Below are positions 10,487 to 19,930 of a stretch of 64,000 nt of DNA, one piece after another. The stretch is from positions 960,001 to 1,024,000 of the forward strand of contig CP084166.1 of the NCBI GenBank assembly GCA_021513695.1, given 5' to 3'. A model generated the notes under the pieces. That model saw nothing but the letters and a program-made list of their open reading frames with translations, was not told the origin of the DNA and made no database searches. The translations under genes were made by a program, and so were the position numbers. Each line of letters starts with the position of its first letter. The stretch's first letter is position 1. This DNA comes from Candidatus Heimdallarchaeum aukensis (GTDB lineage Archaea; Asgardarchaeota; Heimdallarchaeia; Heimdallarchaeales; Heimdallarchaeaceae).

Positions 10487-10693
10487 TTATTTTTCTGTTA
10501 TCCACATTTTATTGAAAGCTTTTCTTGTTGTTAGAATACTTGCTCCTATCCACGTTCTGTGCATTCTATCTGTGGTTGCTGTAATTCTTACAACTGCATT
10601 TTTTGGTGCAACTTTTTTCAATTCATAATCTATTCTTTCTCTCATTCCAGGTATCATTGAACTTCCTCCACATAAGATAACATTAGGCCACAA
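10487..10693 (-). pseudogene. Orphan C-terminal fragment of an actin-family gene (about 65 residues, lokiactin/actin-like). The rest of the gene is absent.
   Basis: Translation NVILCGGSSMIPGMRERIDYELKKVAPKNAVVRITATTDRMHRTWIGASILTTRKAFNKMWITEK aligns residue-by-residue with the actin C-terminus ([65 protein letters not shown]). It starts on TTG with an in-frame stop two codons upstream. Only ~240 nt separate it from the next gene, so a full ~1.1 kb actin cannot be present. Confidence 0.6.
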
Positions 10694-10930
10694 CAGTTAT
10701 TCTATTTCTTTACATTTTTGTATAGTTTAAACTATTTCTTCAACTAAGCCTTTTTTCTTTTCCTTTTCGCTTTCTTCAAACAATATTTCTGGTGCAAGAA
10801 ACTTTTCTTTGCTAATTGTATACACAAAGAAAGGAGAATTTTTGTGAAAAGGTTTTTGGAAAAGCAGTTTATCAATACAAGGAACCAAGTTTAGGAGTAG
10901 TTAAATGAAAAAAAAAGAAAAAGGAACACA

Positions 10931-11152
10931 CTATTCTTGTTTAACTGTAGATATCTTGAAAACTGTATATAATCCACAGTAACCTGTAATCCCAGTAATC
11001 AACGAGATTAATCCCACGATCAACAATATAATTAACAAGACCAAGTTTATTGGGGAGCTAAGTACAAAGTAGAAAACTATTGCCAAAACAGTTAGAATTG
11101 TTCCTAAAGCTACTCTTATTATTCTATCAGTTTTTCCTTCATTTACTTGCAT
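10931..11152 (-). CDS. Small two-TM membrane protein, DUF2892/YgaP-like (…GYCGLYTVFKIST).
   Basis: 73 aa with two hydrophobic helices and a C-terminal 'CxLY…ST' motif reminiscent of DUF2892. Confidence 0.45.
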   Translation of the reverse strand: MQVNEGKTDRIIRVALGTILTVLAIVFYFVLSSPINLVLLIILLIVGLISLITGITGYCGLYTVFKISTVKQE

Positions 11153-11307
11153 AGTGATTTAAAGTTCTTCAAAAGAGTATAAATATGTTAGTTATTTACA
11201 AAATCCTCGAATTAGCAGTAAAACAAATATAGATGCAAAAATCTGCCTGTTTTTAAGATATCTTAAATGTTCTGAGAGGGTAGTGTCTAGTTTTCTTCCG
11301 ACAAAAA

Positions 11308-12135
11308 TATTTGTGGGGACTCTAATAGTAAGATATGAACATTCAAAAACTATCTACTCTTTTTAAGAGATGCAGAGTCCCCAAAAAGATAATAATAAAA
11401 GTTTTTTATGAATATATTGGTTCAAAGAATGGTTTGAGGACAGTAGCATGGAAGAATGGTTTAACACACCAAACATTATGGTATTGGGTAAAGAAGTTCA
11501 GGCTCTTTAGGAAAAGTTTACATAGAATTGTAGCAGAGAGAGGGGGAATACCAGAGATTATAGTAGTTGATGAGACGGAGATTAAGACCTCTCAAGGCTC
11601 AATGTATATGTGGTTCGCGTTAGATCCTTACAACAAGACTTTACTGGGTTTTAGTATTACTAAAGGACGGAGTAATCTTGAATGTTTACTAACTTTCCGT
11701 TATTGGCTCAAATGTTGGGGTTTTAAGCCCCGTATTGTCGTTACAGATGCAGGGGTATGGTATCCTGCCTTACTTCGTCTAGGTATCAAAATCTCCGTTA
11801 TCAAAGGTGGTTTACGCTCCTATATTGAACGTTTTAATGCTACTCTTAAGAGTTATCGTTGGTTTCATTCTATTCTCCACTGCACTTGTCCTATCCGTGC
11901 CGTCTATGGCTCTACTCATCTTTCTGGTTTTCTTACTCTCTTTATGCTCCATTATAATTTCGTTCGTCCTCATCAGAGCTTGGGACATCCTCCCCTTAGT
12001 TCCTTTTTACCTAGGAGGTGGTATAAAAACTAGACACTACCAAGAAAGCAGGTCCAAAAATTAATTTTTATTAATGTGGGGGTTTATGTCGGAATTATGA
12101 ACTATTTTCAGATTATAGACCCCCACAAAGTAAGA
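11308..12135 (+). mobile_element. IS6-family-like insertion sequence (~0.83 kb), a single DDE transposase gene flanked by imperfect terminal inverted repeats.
   Basis: Left end TTTGTGGGGACTCTAATAG (11310-11328) versus the reverse complement of the right end CTTTGTGGGGGTCTATAATC (12112-12131). An internal transposase ORF lies between them. Confidence 0.6.
11335..12033 (+). CDS. DDE transposase, IS6-like (VDETEIK … VVTDAGVWY … ERFNATLK motifs).
   Basis: DETxIK and ERFNxxLK strings are characteristic of IS6/IS26-type transposases. N-terminal HTH-like region. Confidence 0.65.
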   Translation: MNIQKLSTLFKRCRVPKKIIIKVFYEYIGSKNGLRTVAWKNGLTHQTLWYWVKKFRLFRKSLHRIVAERGGIPEIIVVDETEIKTSQGSMYMWFALDPYNKTLLGFSITKGRSNLECLLTFRYWLKCWGFKPRIVVTDAGVWYPALLRLGIKISVIKGGLRSYIERFNATLKSYRWFHSILHCTCPIRAVYGSTHLSGFLTLFMLHYNFVRPHQSLGHPPLSSFLPRRWYKN

Positions 12136-12372
12136 AAATTCATATCATTAATGAACCTTTCCTTAAGAAACTGGTGAAAAATGGACCGAGAGAAAGTAAG
12201 AGAGGGAGAAAGAGAATAGCAGAAAGGTGGGTAATACTGGCTTTAGCAATCATTGCTAGAATAGAAGTACAACTACTTTTTACTTTTTCGGACCGTTTAT
12301 TAGGTGAAAAAGAATTTTTGGACATGCTTAATAAGAAAAAAGAAAAATTAATTATTTAATATGTTTATTTTG

Positions 12373-14013
12373 TTATTCTTTTTTAGTCCATACATCAATT
12401 ACATCTTTAGATTTCTTGAGAGTTAAAGCGTAAAAGATAACTGCCAAAAAACCAAAAGAACCTGCAACTATCCAGAAAACATAAGGTTTTTGCATCTGTA
12501 TGTCTGTTCTTACATTCAATTTTATTTCTGTTACATCATGTATCCAGGATTTCCCATCTGAAACAGCTACTTTAATGTAATATGAACCAGGTTCTACACC
12601 ATCTAGATCCCACAAGAATGAAGAGTTGTTAACATTTGTTGCTAAAAGATCCCAATATATTCCATCTTGAGAAACAAAAATAGAAGCATTAAGTTTGTCA
12701 TTATCTTCATCTGATGCAATCCATTGAATAGTATAGTTATCAAATACTTGATTAGGGTCTGAAGGGTTTTTTACCTCAATATTAGGCAAATTATTAGTGT
12801 AAGTCAGTTGAGGATTTTCTGCAAGAAAAAGTAACGATGGAAAAATCAATTCACAATTACTAATCACTTCATCAGCATCTGGGTTAAAATAATCAGTCCA
12901 ATAAGAGTAACTGTTTGTTCCAAAAGTTTCAATTGTGAAGCTCTTAATGTTGTGATATAAATAAGAATAGTCTCCCCATTCTCCAGAAGTTATATAGCCA
13001 TAAATTGTATCATTCCATAGGGGAAAATTAAGGATCTCTTGTAATTCAAGTAATAGAGCGTTGAACTCTTTTTCATCTTTTTCTGGTAATGAACCATTAA
13101 TTCCCCAAGGTGCTATTATTGCTTCAACACCACTGTGTAAACTTACAGCAAAATTAAAAGAATGATTATACATGAAATTACGTAATGCTCTTGTTTCTGG
13201 TTCACTGAAGGGATAAGCGCCATGATATGTGTCATCTCTCCTAAATGGAGAAGCACCTTGGTCGCCCCAAAAAGCTCCATAATTCCTATTTAGGTCTACT
13301 CCTCCTGGTCTGTCTTCTCCAATGTACCCGCTTCCGTCAATGTCTTTTTCTTCGATGTCAGAGCTGTTTGTTTCAGTGTTCCAGAAATATACTCTCTCCT
13401 TTTCATCGTCTAAACTTCCATCAAGATCGTCATCAATTGGAGCCAAGTTTTTGCGTTGTTCTGGATACCAGTGTAAAATAGAGATACCATCAGGATTAAG
13501 CATGGGAATTACATAAATTTCTGTACTTTGAAGTAAGTAGTCAAAAATTGAATCATAAATTGTGTTAAATATAATCCAATCAATAAAGTATAGTGCATTT
13601 TCAACAGTAATTACTTCTCTAGCATGATGAGCTGCAACAATGTAATACTCAGTTTTAGCAGAAGTAACAGTTTCATCGGTTAAACGAACAGCCCAGATAG
13701 TTCTGTTTTCCCAAGTCTTCCCAATGGAAAAAACTTCCACTAATTCAGGAAAAGAATTATTCAGAATAATGAGTTTATTTGTAACTTCAGTGTAATTATG
13801 ATATGGTCCAAGTGATTCTCCCCAATAAACAAAATCTTCTCCTGGTATGTCAGAGGGAGCATTAGAAAACTCGTCCCAAATCCAAGAATATTCTGGTTCT
13901 TCTGCTAAATAAACATACTCTGGAGTATTCTTAGCAGAAATTGAAGATATTAAATGTGAGTTTAAGAATAAAACAATTACAATTAAGGAAATAACTTGAT
14001 ACTTTTTCATCAT
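12373..14013 (-). CDS. M14-family zinc carboxypeptidase with a signal peptide and a C-terminal TM anchor.
   Basis: '…YIVAAHHAREVIT…' (the HxxE/HAREW-type zinc-binding region of M14). N-terminal signal. C-terminal hydrophobic helix plus a KKSK tail. Confidence 0.65.
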   Translation of the reverse strand: MMKKYQVISLIVIVLFLNSHLISSISAKNTPEYVYLAEEPEYSWIWDEFSNAPSDIPGEDFVYWGESLGPYHNYTEVTNKLIILNNSFPELVEVFSIGKTWENRTIWAVRLTDETVTSAKTEYYIVAAHHAREVITVENALYFIDWIIFNTIYDSIFDYLLQSTEIYVIPMLNPDGISILHWYPEQRKNLAPIDDDLDGSLDDEKERVYFWNTETNSSDIEEKDIDGSGYIGEDRPGGVDLNRNYGAFWGDQGASPFRRDDTYHGAYPFSEPETRALRNFMYNHSFNFAVSLHSGVEAIIAPWGINGSLPEKDEKEFNALLLELQEILNFPLWNDTIYGYITSGEWGDYSYLYHNIKSFTIETFGTNSYSYWTDYFNPDADEVISNCELIFPSLLFLAENPQLTYTNNLPNIEVKNPSDPNQVFDNYTIQWIASDEDNDKLNASIFVSQDGIYWDLLATNVNNSSFLWDLDGVEPGSYYIKVAVSDGKSWIHDVTEIKLNVRTDIQMQKPYVFWIVAGSFGFLAVIFYALTLKKSKDVIDVWTKKE

Positions 14014-14110
14014 TTGTTTTTTATTTCCAACGCTTAAAAATTATTTGAAAGATTTGAAAAAGACCAATTTTTTTGTTCTCTTTTCGATATTTTTCATTTT
14101 AGACGAAGAG

Positions 14111-14124
14111 AAAGTTTAAATAAG
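14111..14124 (+). promoter_or_regulatory. Possible BRE/TATA element (AAAGTTTAAATAAG) about 45 bp upstream of the first tusA.
   Basis: TATA-like motif at a plausible distance from the start. Low specificity in AT-rich DNA. Confidence 0.25.
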
Positions 14125-14165
14125 GGTTGTGCATAATTGTGTCATAATCAAGAATAATTCATAAG

Positions 14166-14414
14166 ATGAAGAAAATGAGTAAGGAAAAAATCTCAATATC
14201 AATAGATGCAAGAGGGAGTCATTGCCCTGGACCAATGATGGAATTAATTAAAGCCATAAGACAGGCAGAAGTTGGAGAAATTGTTGAGCTTTTGAGTTCA
14301 GAGGAAGGATCTTTAAGTGATATTCCTGCATGGATTGAAAAAGCGAAACATGAACTTGTTGATATGATAAAAGAAGACGGTTATAATCGTTTTCTAGTCA
14401 GAAAAACGAGGTAA
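14166..14414 (+). CDS. tusA: TusA-like sulfurtransferase (SirA/YedF family).
   Basis: Conserved 'CPGP' (SHCPGPMM) active-site motif in an ~80-aa protein. Confidence 0.8.
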   Translation: MKKMSKEKISISIDARGSHCPGPMMELIKAIRQAEVGEIVELLSSEEGSLSDIPAWIEKAKHELVDMIKEDGYNRFLVRKTR

Positions 14415-14420
14415 AGATTA

Positions 14421-15563
14421 ATGAATAAAATTATAGTCATTGGTGGAGGATTTTCAGGTCTTACTATAGCTAACAAACTTGCAAAAAAAGCTAGAAAATA
14501 CAAGTTAGACATAACTCTGATCGAACCAAAAGACCATAATTTTTACGAGCCAGATCTGATTTTTTATGCATTTAACAATAAGAAACTGTCCAAGTTATAT
14601 AAACCGATGCATAAACTCGTGAGGAAAAGAGTTAATCACATTGGGATGCGGGCTAAAAAGGTCGAGACAGAGAAAAAGAAAGTAATATTAGAAGATGGGA
14701 CAGAGTTAGATTACGATTATCTAGTTCTTGCTACTGGAGTTAAATATATAGAAAAAGATTTCAAATATAGTGAACAAAAACACATTCATCACTTCTATAG
14801 CCCACCAGCAACAGAAAAGTTTAGACAAATGATAAAACGTTTTAAAGGAGGAACAATTGTTATCTCACCATCAACTGTGCCCTATAAATGTCCTCCAGCT
14901 CCTGTAGAATTCACTTTTATGTTAGATTCTTATTTAAAGAAAAGAAAGTTAAGAGACAAAGCAACGATAAAGTTTCTCTATCCTCTTTCTGTGCCTTTTA
15001 CAGTTAAAGAAGCTGCTGTTGTGGTAGCTGAGATGTATAAAAAAAGAGGAATAGAATTTGTTCCTTACTGTAATTACGAAAAAGTGGATATTGAGAACAA
15101 AAAATTCATCTCTTTTGAAGGAGAAGAGATAGAATACGATGAACTTGTACTGCTACCCATACATGAAGGTCAAGATATAATCAAAGAATCAGGTCTGGGA
15201 GATAAAGAAGGATATGTTCCTACAGACAAATTCACACTGCAAGTGAAAGGGCATCCAAATATATATGCTATCGGTGACTGTACAGATCTACCTACTTCTA
15301 AGGCTGGAGCAGTTTCTCATTATTCTGCACCTACTATCGTAAAAAATATTATTAACCAGATTAAAGGAAAAGAAGCTTCAGCAAAGTATAACGGAAAGAC
15401 AATTTGCTTCTTAGTAACTAGTTATCAAAAAGCAATGATGTTGGACTTTTCATATAACCATCCTTCAAGAAAGTATGGATTAATTCCAATGAGAATCTAT
15501 ATGCTCTTTAAAAGGCTATTTAGGTTCTTGTATTTTCATATATTAATTAAAGGAATAATATAG
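14421..15563 (+). CDS. FAD-dependent pyridine-nucleotide-disulfide oxidoreductase, sulfide:quinone oxidoreductase (SQR)-like.
   Basis: N-terminal Rossmann 'VIGGGFSGL'. 'YKCPPAPVEF' resembles the SQR/flavocytochrome cysteine motif. Second GD motif 'AIGDCTD'. Confidence 0.6.
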   Translation: MNKIIVIGGGFSGLTIANKLAKKARKYKLDITLIEPKDHNFYEPDLIFYAFNNKKLSKLYKPMHKLVRKRVNHIGMRAKKVETEKKKVILEDGTELDYDYLVLATGVKYIEKDFKYSEQKHIHHFYSPPATEKFRQMIKRFKGGTIVISPSTVPYKCPPAPVEFTFMLDSYLKKRKLRDKATIKFLYPLSVPFTVKEAAVVVAEMYKKRGIEFVPYCNYEKVDIENKKFISFEGEEIEYDELVLLPIHEGQDIIKESGLGDKEGYVPTDKFTLQVKGHPNIYAIGDCTDLPTSKAGAVSHYSAPTIVKNIINQIKGKEASAKYNGKTICFLVTSYQKAMMLDFSYNHPSRKYGLIPMRIYMLFKRLFRFLYFHILIKGII

Positions 15564-15572
15564 GTGAAAAAA

Positions 15573-15812
15573 ATGAGTGAAAATAAAATCACAAAAATAT
15601 TAGATGTAAAAGGGCTTAACTGTCCTTTACCAATTTTAAAAACAAAAAAAGCTATAAACGAAATTGAAGTTGGAGAAATAATAGAAGTTCTTGCCACTGA
15701 TCCAGGTTCAGTAAATGACTTTCAGGCATGGATTGAATCAACTGGACACGAACTAGTGGAATCTGCAGAAGAAAATGGCATTTTCCGCTATTTAATTAAA
15801 AAAACAAAATAA
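15573..15812 (+). CDS. tusA: TusA-like sulfurtransferase.
   Basis: 'LNCPLP' motif. SD-like GGTGA before ATG 15573 (the ORF track begins at GTG 15564). Confidence 0.8.
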   Translation: MSENKITKILDVKGLNCPLPILKTKKAINEIEVGEIIEVLATDPGSVNDFQAWIESTGHELVESAEENGIFRYLIKKTK

Positions 15813-15823
15813 AGGTGAAAAAA

Positions 15824-16297
15824 ATGAGTGAAAAAAAGAAAAAAATAGCTATAATTGCTTCTAAAGCCAATTTAGCAGATGCTTACCCTCCTTTTATCTT
15901 AGCGTCTACAGCAGCTGCAATGGATTATGAAGTATCAATATTCTTTACTTTCTTCGGTCTTAATTTGCTTAAGAAAAAAGGATTGAAGAAAGTTAAGATT
16001 ACTCCTGTAGGAGAAACTGCAATGCCCATGCCTATTCCACAAATAGTTGGAATGCTTCCTGGAATGACTGACATGGCAACAGCAATGATGAAAAATTGGA
16101 TGAAAAAGGCCAATGTGGTCTCTTTAGAAGAGTTAAGAGAATTATCTCTAGAAGCTGGAGTAAAAATGATTGCTTGTCAAATGACAATGGACGTAATGAA
16201 AGTTAAAAGAGAAGAATTAATTGATGAAATAGAGGTTGGAGGAGCTGCCACTTTCCTACAATTTGCATCAGAAGCCGACATTACTTTATACATTTAA
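15824..16297 (+). CDS. dsrE: DsrE/DsrF-family sulfur-relay protein.
   Basis: ~155 aa; 'IAIIASK…' DsrE-like fold signature and the 'IACQM' cysteine region; paralogous to 17564..18001. Confidence 0.65.
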   Translation: MSEKKKKIAIIASKANLADAYPPFILASTAAAMDYEVSIFFTFFGLNLLKKKGLKKVKITPVGETAMPMPIPQIVGMLPGMTDMATAMMKNWMKKANVVSLEELRELSLEAGVKMIACQMTMDVMKVKREELIDEIEVGGAATFLQFASEADITLYI

Positions 16298-16317
16298 CCT
16301 AGTTTGAAGTGATAAGG

Positions 16318-16695
16318 ATGTCTGAACAAAAAAAGAAGATGATTATCGTTGTTACTAGAGGAGAAGAAAGTAAAGAAACCTTAGAACCTCCTCTTCATAT
16401 TGCAACTATGGCTGCTCTGTTAGATGCAGAAGTAAAGATGATATATACTGCTAAAGCCGGACTACTATTAAAGAAAGGTGTACCAGAAAAACTAATTCCT
16501 CAAGAAGGAAGACAACCATTGATAGAAACAATTCGAGAAGCAAAAGAAGCAGGTGTTCAAATATACGTATGCACCCCAGTGCTAGAATGGAATAAACTTA
16601 ATAAAGATGATTTCATAGAAGAAATAGATGGAATTGTCGGAGCAATGACTTTAGTTAAAGAGTCACTTGAAGCTAACTCGACAATATCATTCTAA
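16318..16695 (+). CDS. DsrE/DsrF/DsrH-like small protein.
   Basis: ~125 aa; 'MIIVVTRG…YVCTPVLE' resembles DsrE-fold proteins. Confidence 0.5.
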   Translation: MSEQKKKMIIVVTRGEESKETLEPPLHIATMAALLDAEVKMIYTAKAGLLLKKGVPEKLIPQEGRQPLIETIREAKEAGVQIYVCTPVLEWNKLNKDDFIEEIDGIVGAMTLVKESLEANSTISF

Positions 16696-17120
16696 TGAAG
16701 TGGAAAATAATGTCTCTCTCACTTAACTCGCTGTTATCCAAAGATATTACCTGCTTTGATGTAATAAAGAATCTTTTTGCCTTAACTGATAATGAAATTG
16801 ATGTTTTAGCTTGTATTAACCACCTTCAACCAGTAAGCATAGCTAGAATTACAGAAATAATACCCAAAGATAGAGCCACTATATCAAGATCTATCTCTAG
16901 ATTAATGAGCATCGGAGTTGTACGGAAAGAAAAAGAAAATTTGGAGAAAGGAGGATACCAATTTCTGTATAGTAGCTTACCTATGAACGAATTAAGAAAA
17001 TTTGTAAAAAGTACCTTGAATGCAATAATTGAAAATATGAGTATCGCAATGGATAACTTAACAAAAGAAAAATGTGAAGAAAAATTCCAAGAAGTAAAAA
17101 GGAAATACAGCAAAAAATAG
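16695..17120 (+). CDS. Winged-helix (MarR/TrmB-like) transcriptional regulator.
   Basis: '…VSIARITEIIPKDRATISRSISRLMSIGVVRKE…' HTH plus wing. Confidence 0.5.
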   Translation: MKWKIMSLSLNSLLSKDITCFDVIKNLFALTDNEIDVLACINHLQPVSIARITEIIPKDRATISRSISRLMSIGVVRKEKENLEKGGYQFLYSSLPMNELRKFVKSTLNAIIENMSIAMDNLTKEKCEEKFQEVKRKYSKK

Positions 17121-17236
17121 ATTTCCTTTAACAATTTTCCTTTACATTTTTGTTGGTTAACGTTTTATAAAATAGTTATCCTTTTCATTTTATAGATAAA
17201 AGAATTCAAAAAAACTCTTATATTAAATCTTTTTTT

Positions 17237-17521
17237 TTGAGTAAACAAGAAAATAGTGTGATAATAATGACAGAAGTAGATCTAAATAAAATCAAAGCGC
17301 ATCATATTGTAGATGCTAGAGGTTCAGCATGTCCTGGACCATTATTAGAAGCAAAGAAAGGAATCTCAAAGGTTCCCAAAGGAGGAGTCCTTGAAGTTCA
17401 ATCTAGCGACCCTGGTACAAAAAATGATCTTCCTGCATGGTGTAGACGAGCAGGACATAAATTTTTGGGCGTTTTAGAAGCAGATGGATATGATAGAGTT
17501 TTCATTCAAAGACTAAAATAG
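17237..17521 (+). CDS. tusA: TusA-like sulfurtransferase.
   Basis: 'SACPGP' motif. Confidence 0.8.
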   Translation: MSKQENSVIIMTEVDLNKIKAHHIVDARGSACPGPLLEAKKGISKVPKGGVLEVQSSDPGTKNDLPAWCRRAGHKFLGVLEADGYDRVFIQRLK

Positions 17522-17526
17522 AATAT

Positions 17527-17545
17527 TCCTTTTTTTATTAAATTT
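17527..17545. terminator. T-run/A-run between convergent tusA and dsrE-like genes. Possible bidirectional terminator.
   Basis: CCTTTTTTTATTAAATTTTAAAAAAAA lies between two convergent stops. Confidence 0.25.
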
Positions 17546-17563
17546 TAAAAAAAATAAAAAGAA

Positions 17564-18001
17564 TTATATTAAGATATTTGCTTTTGCTTTTGTTGCTGCT
17601 TCAATATATGAAGCTATACCAGAAATTTCATCTACAAGATCAGAGAAATCATCTTCTGGGATATCAAAAAGTGGGATCATGTTAGAACAAGCAATTATTT
17701 TAACATTTCCTGACTCTTTTGCTTTCTTAAGAGCTGCTCTCCAATTACCTAGTCCTTTTTCTTTCATATTTTTGCGCATCAGTTCCTCATAAGGTTGTCC
17801 CTCTATACTTACTGGAAAATGATCTGGTGCGCCTTTTCTAAAAGCATGAGTTCCCCAAAAAGCTAGAAAAATATGTACATCATAATCCATTGCAATAGCT
17901 CCATTTGTTATTGTTGCAAGAGCTATGAGTTTTTCTTCTGTTCCAGAGGTTACCATTATACTAAATAATTCTCTTTCTTCTGACATAATAAACCACATCA
18001 C
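17564..18001 (-). CDS. dsrE: DsrE-family sulfur-relay protein.
   Basis: '…IIACSNM…' active-cysteine region; global similarity to 15824..16297. Confidence 0.65.
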   Translation of the reverse strand: MMWFIMSEERELFSIMVTSGTEEKLIALATITNGAIAMDYDVHIFLAFWGTHAFRKGAPDHFPVSIEGQPYEELMRKNMKEKGLGNWRAALKKAKESGNVKIIACSNMIPLFDIPEDDFSDLVDEISGIASYIEAATKAKANILI

Positions 18002-18210
18002 ACTGGTTGCGTGTCCAGATTCACAACTGGCATTTTAAAGATTTTGTAGTTTTTATAACAATAAAAATATTTTTTAATAGATTACGAATTGTTTTTTATA
18101 ATAAGCTCTTTTTATAATTGGCTTTTATCTTAACATATATGCTTTTTTAGTTTATTATCGCTCTATAATTTAAAAAAAATTATTATATCTTTTAAAAATT
18201 TTATTCCAAC

Positions 18211-18630
18211 ATGCAACAAAATGCAAAAAGACAAAAAATTAAAACCAAGAAGATTCTGATTATAACAACAAACGATATTTCTTATCTTGGTGCAGACACA
18301 GCAGGACAGCAACATCTAAAGTATTCAGAAGATGCTCTGATAATACGTGTTCCTGATCCTGTAATTTTTCCACCTGATTTTTATGTGAGAACATTAGAGA
18401 AAGGATTTGGGGGGATAATTGTAGCTTCTGCTGGTGATGAATCTCCTTTCTTGAATTCTCATGCCAGATTAGCGAAGAATATTGATGCTGCTTATAAAAT
18501 AATGAATGAAAAAGGAATTGACACAAAAAGGCTTGTTCTTACAGCCATTTGTAGCATTTGTGCAGGAAGTTTTATCAAAGCTGTTAACAACATGACTAAA
18601 TATTTAGACAGTGTTCATGAGCAAGAGTAA
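18211..18630 (+). CDS. MvhD/FlpD-like protein (hydrogenase delta subunit family). It has few cysteines.
   Basis: '…YLGADTAGQQHLKY…IIRVPD…' matches the MvhD core (…SYGGADTAG…IIRV…). Only a CxxC ('ICSICAG') remains. It sits immediately upstream of hdrA, as mvhD often does. Confidence 0.5.
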   Translation: MQQNAKRQKIKTKKILIITTNDISYLGADTAGQQHLKYSEDALIIRVPDPVIFPPDFYVRTLEKGFGGIIVASAGDESPFLNSHARLAKNIDAAYKIMNEKGIDTKRLVLTAICSICAGSFIKAVNNMTKYLDSVHEQE

Positions 18631-18643
18631 AGAGGAGAGATAA

Positions 18644-19927
18644 ATGAAAAATTATGATGCTTTAGTGATTGGAGCAGGGATCTCTGGTATTCAGACTGCG
18701 TTAGATCTAGCAGAACAGGGATTTAAAGTATTAATGATTGATAAAAAGAAAAGTACGGGAGGAGTAATGATTCAATTAAGTAAAGTTTTTCCGACTTTAG
18801 ATTGTGCATCTTGTATTACTACTCCCAAGATGAGTGAAGCGAGTAATCACCCAAATATAGAAACATGGACATTAAGTGAAGTTACAAGCATTAGTGAAAA
18901 TAACGGTTCTTATGTAGTAAATATACTCAAACACCCGCGATATGTAGATCTTGTAAAATGTACTGGTTGTGGAATATGTGAAGAAGTTTGTCCTGTAATA
19001 GTTGAAGATGAATATAATGAATACTATGGAATAAGGAAAGCTGTGGGTGTACCCTTTGGCACTGCAATTCCTCAAAAGGCAGTGTTAGAACCAGAATATT
19101 GCATTTTTTGTGGGGCTTGTGCGAAAAAATGTCCTACACAAGCAATTGAGTATGATCAAGAGCCAGAAAACATAGAAGTTAAAGTAAAAGCTGTAATTGT
19201 TGCTACAGGTTTTGAACAAACGCCAATAAAAGAAGAATATGGGGGAGGACGGTATAAGAATGTAATCAATGCCCTTACTATGGAAAGGCTTTTAGCTCCA
19301 ACAAGTCCTTTTGGTGGAGTTTTTCGCCCAGGAGATGGCAAGAATCCCTATTCTATTGCTTATATTCAATGCGCTGGTTCAAGAGATGCGAGTATTGGTG
19401 TTCCTTATTGTTCTAGAGTCTGTTGTATGTTCGCAGTGAAACAAGCCATGTTACTCTGCGGAGCAGCACCTTTAGCTGATATTACAATCTACTATATGGA
19501 TATCCGAGCTTTTGGTAAAAGGTATGAAGAGTTCTTCCAAGAAGCAAGAGAAATGGGTATAAATTTTGTTAAAGGTAAAGTCGCAAAAATAGAAGAACTG
19601 GAAAATGGTAATCTTAAGCTTAGAGTAGAGGTTCAAGAAGAGGAAGATTATGGAGTTAAGGAAATAGAACATGAACTTGTTGTTTTATCATCTGGAATGC
19701 TTCCCGCTTGGAAACCTGAAAAAGTGAGAGAAATATTACCGCTTGAAATCCACAAGTATGGTTTTATTAAAAGTCTACAACCACATGTAAATCCGTCTCA
19801 AACTAATTTAGATGGAATATTTGTTTCAGGAACAGCTATGGCCCCAATGGATATTGTAGATTCAATTTATAGCGGTAGTACAGCAGCAATGAAAGCTGCT
19901 TTGTACATTAAGAAAATTAAGGAGTAG
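18644..19927 (+). CDS. hdrA: HdrA-like FAD/FeS flavoprotein (heterodisulfide reductase subunit A family).
   Basis: 'DALVIGAGISG' FAD motif; two CxxCxxCxxxCP ferredoxin motifs; HdrA signature 'CAGSRDxxxxxxxxCSRVCC'. Confidence 0.8.
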   Translation: MKNYDALVIGAGISGIQTALDLAEQGFKVLMIDKKKSTGGVMIQLSKVFPTLDCASCITTPKMSEASNHPNIETWTLSEVTSISENNGSYVVNILKHPRYVDLVKCTGCGICEEVCPVIVEDEYNEYYGIRKAVGVPFGTAIPQKAVLEPEYCIFCGACAKKCPTQAIEYDQEPENIEVKVKAVIVATGFEQTPIKEEYGGGRYKNVINALTMERLLAPTSPFGGVFRPGDGKNPYSIAYIQCAGSRDASIGVPYCSRVCCMFAVKQAMLLCGAAPLADITIYYMDIRAFGKRYEEFFQEAREMGINFVKGKVAKIEELENGNLKLRVEVQEEEDYGVKEIEHELVVLSSGMLPAWKPEKVREILPLEIHKYGFIKSLQPHVNPSQTNLDGIFVSGTAMAPMDIVDSIYSGSTAAMKAALYIKKIKE

Positions 19928-19930
19928 ATC

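Noticed and set aside
11807-12064. 85-aa plus-strand ORF overlapping the 3' third of the IS6-like transposase.
   Set aside because: It is an alternative frame of the transposase gene. Its hydrophobic low-complexity translation is a frame artefact.
12140-12359. Overlapping 61-aa ORFs on both strands just right of the IS6-like element.
   Set aside because: Short, mutually overlapping, and within the IS terminal/inverted-repeat flank. No motifs. Likely non-coding.
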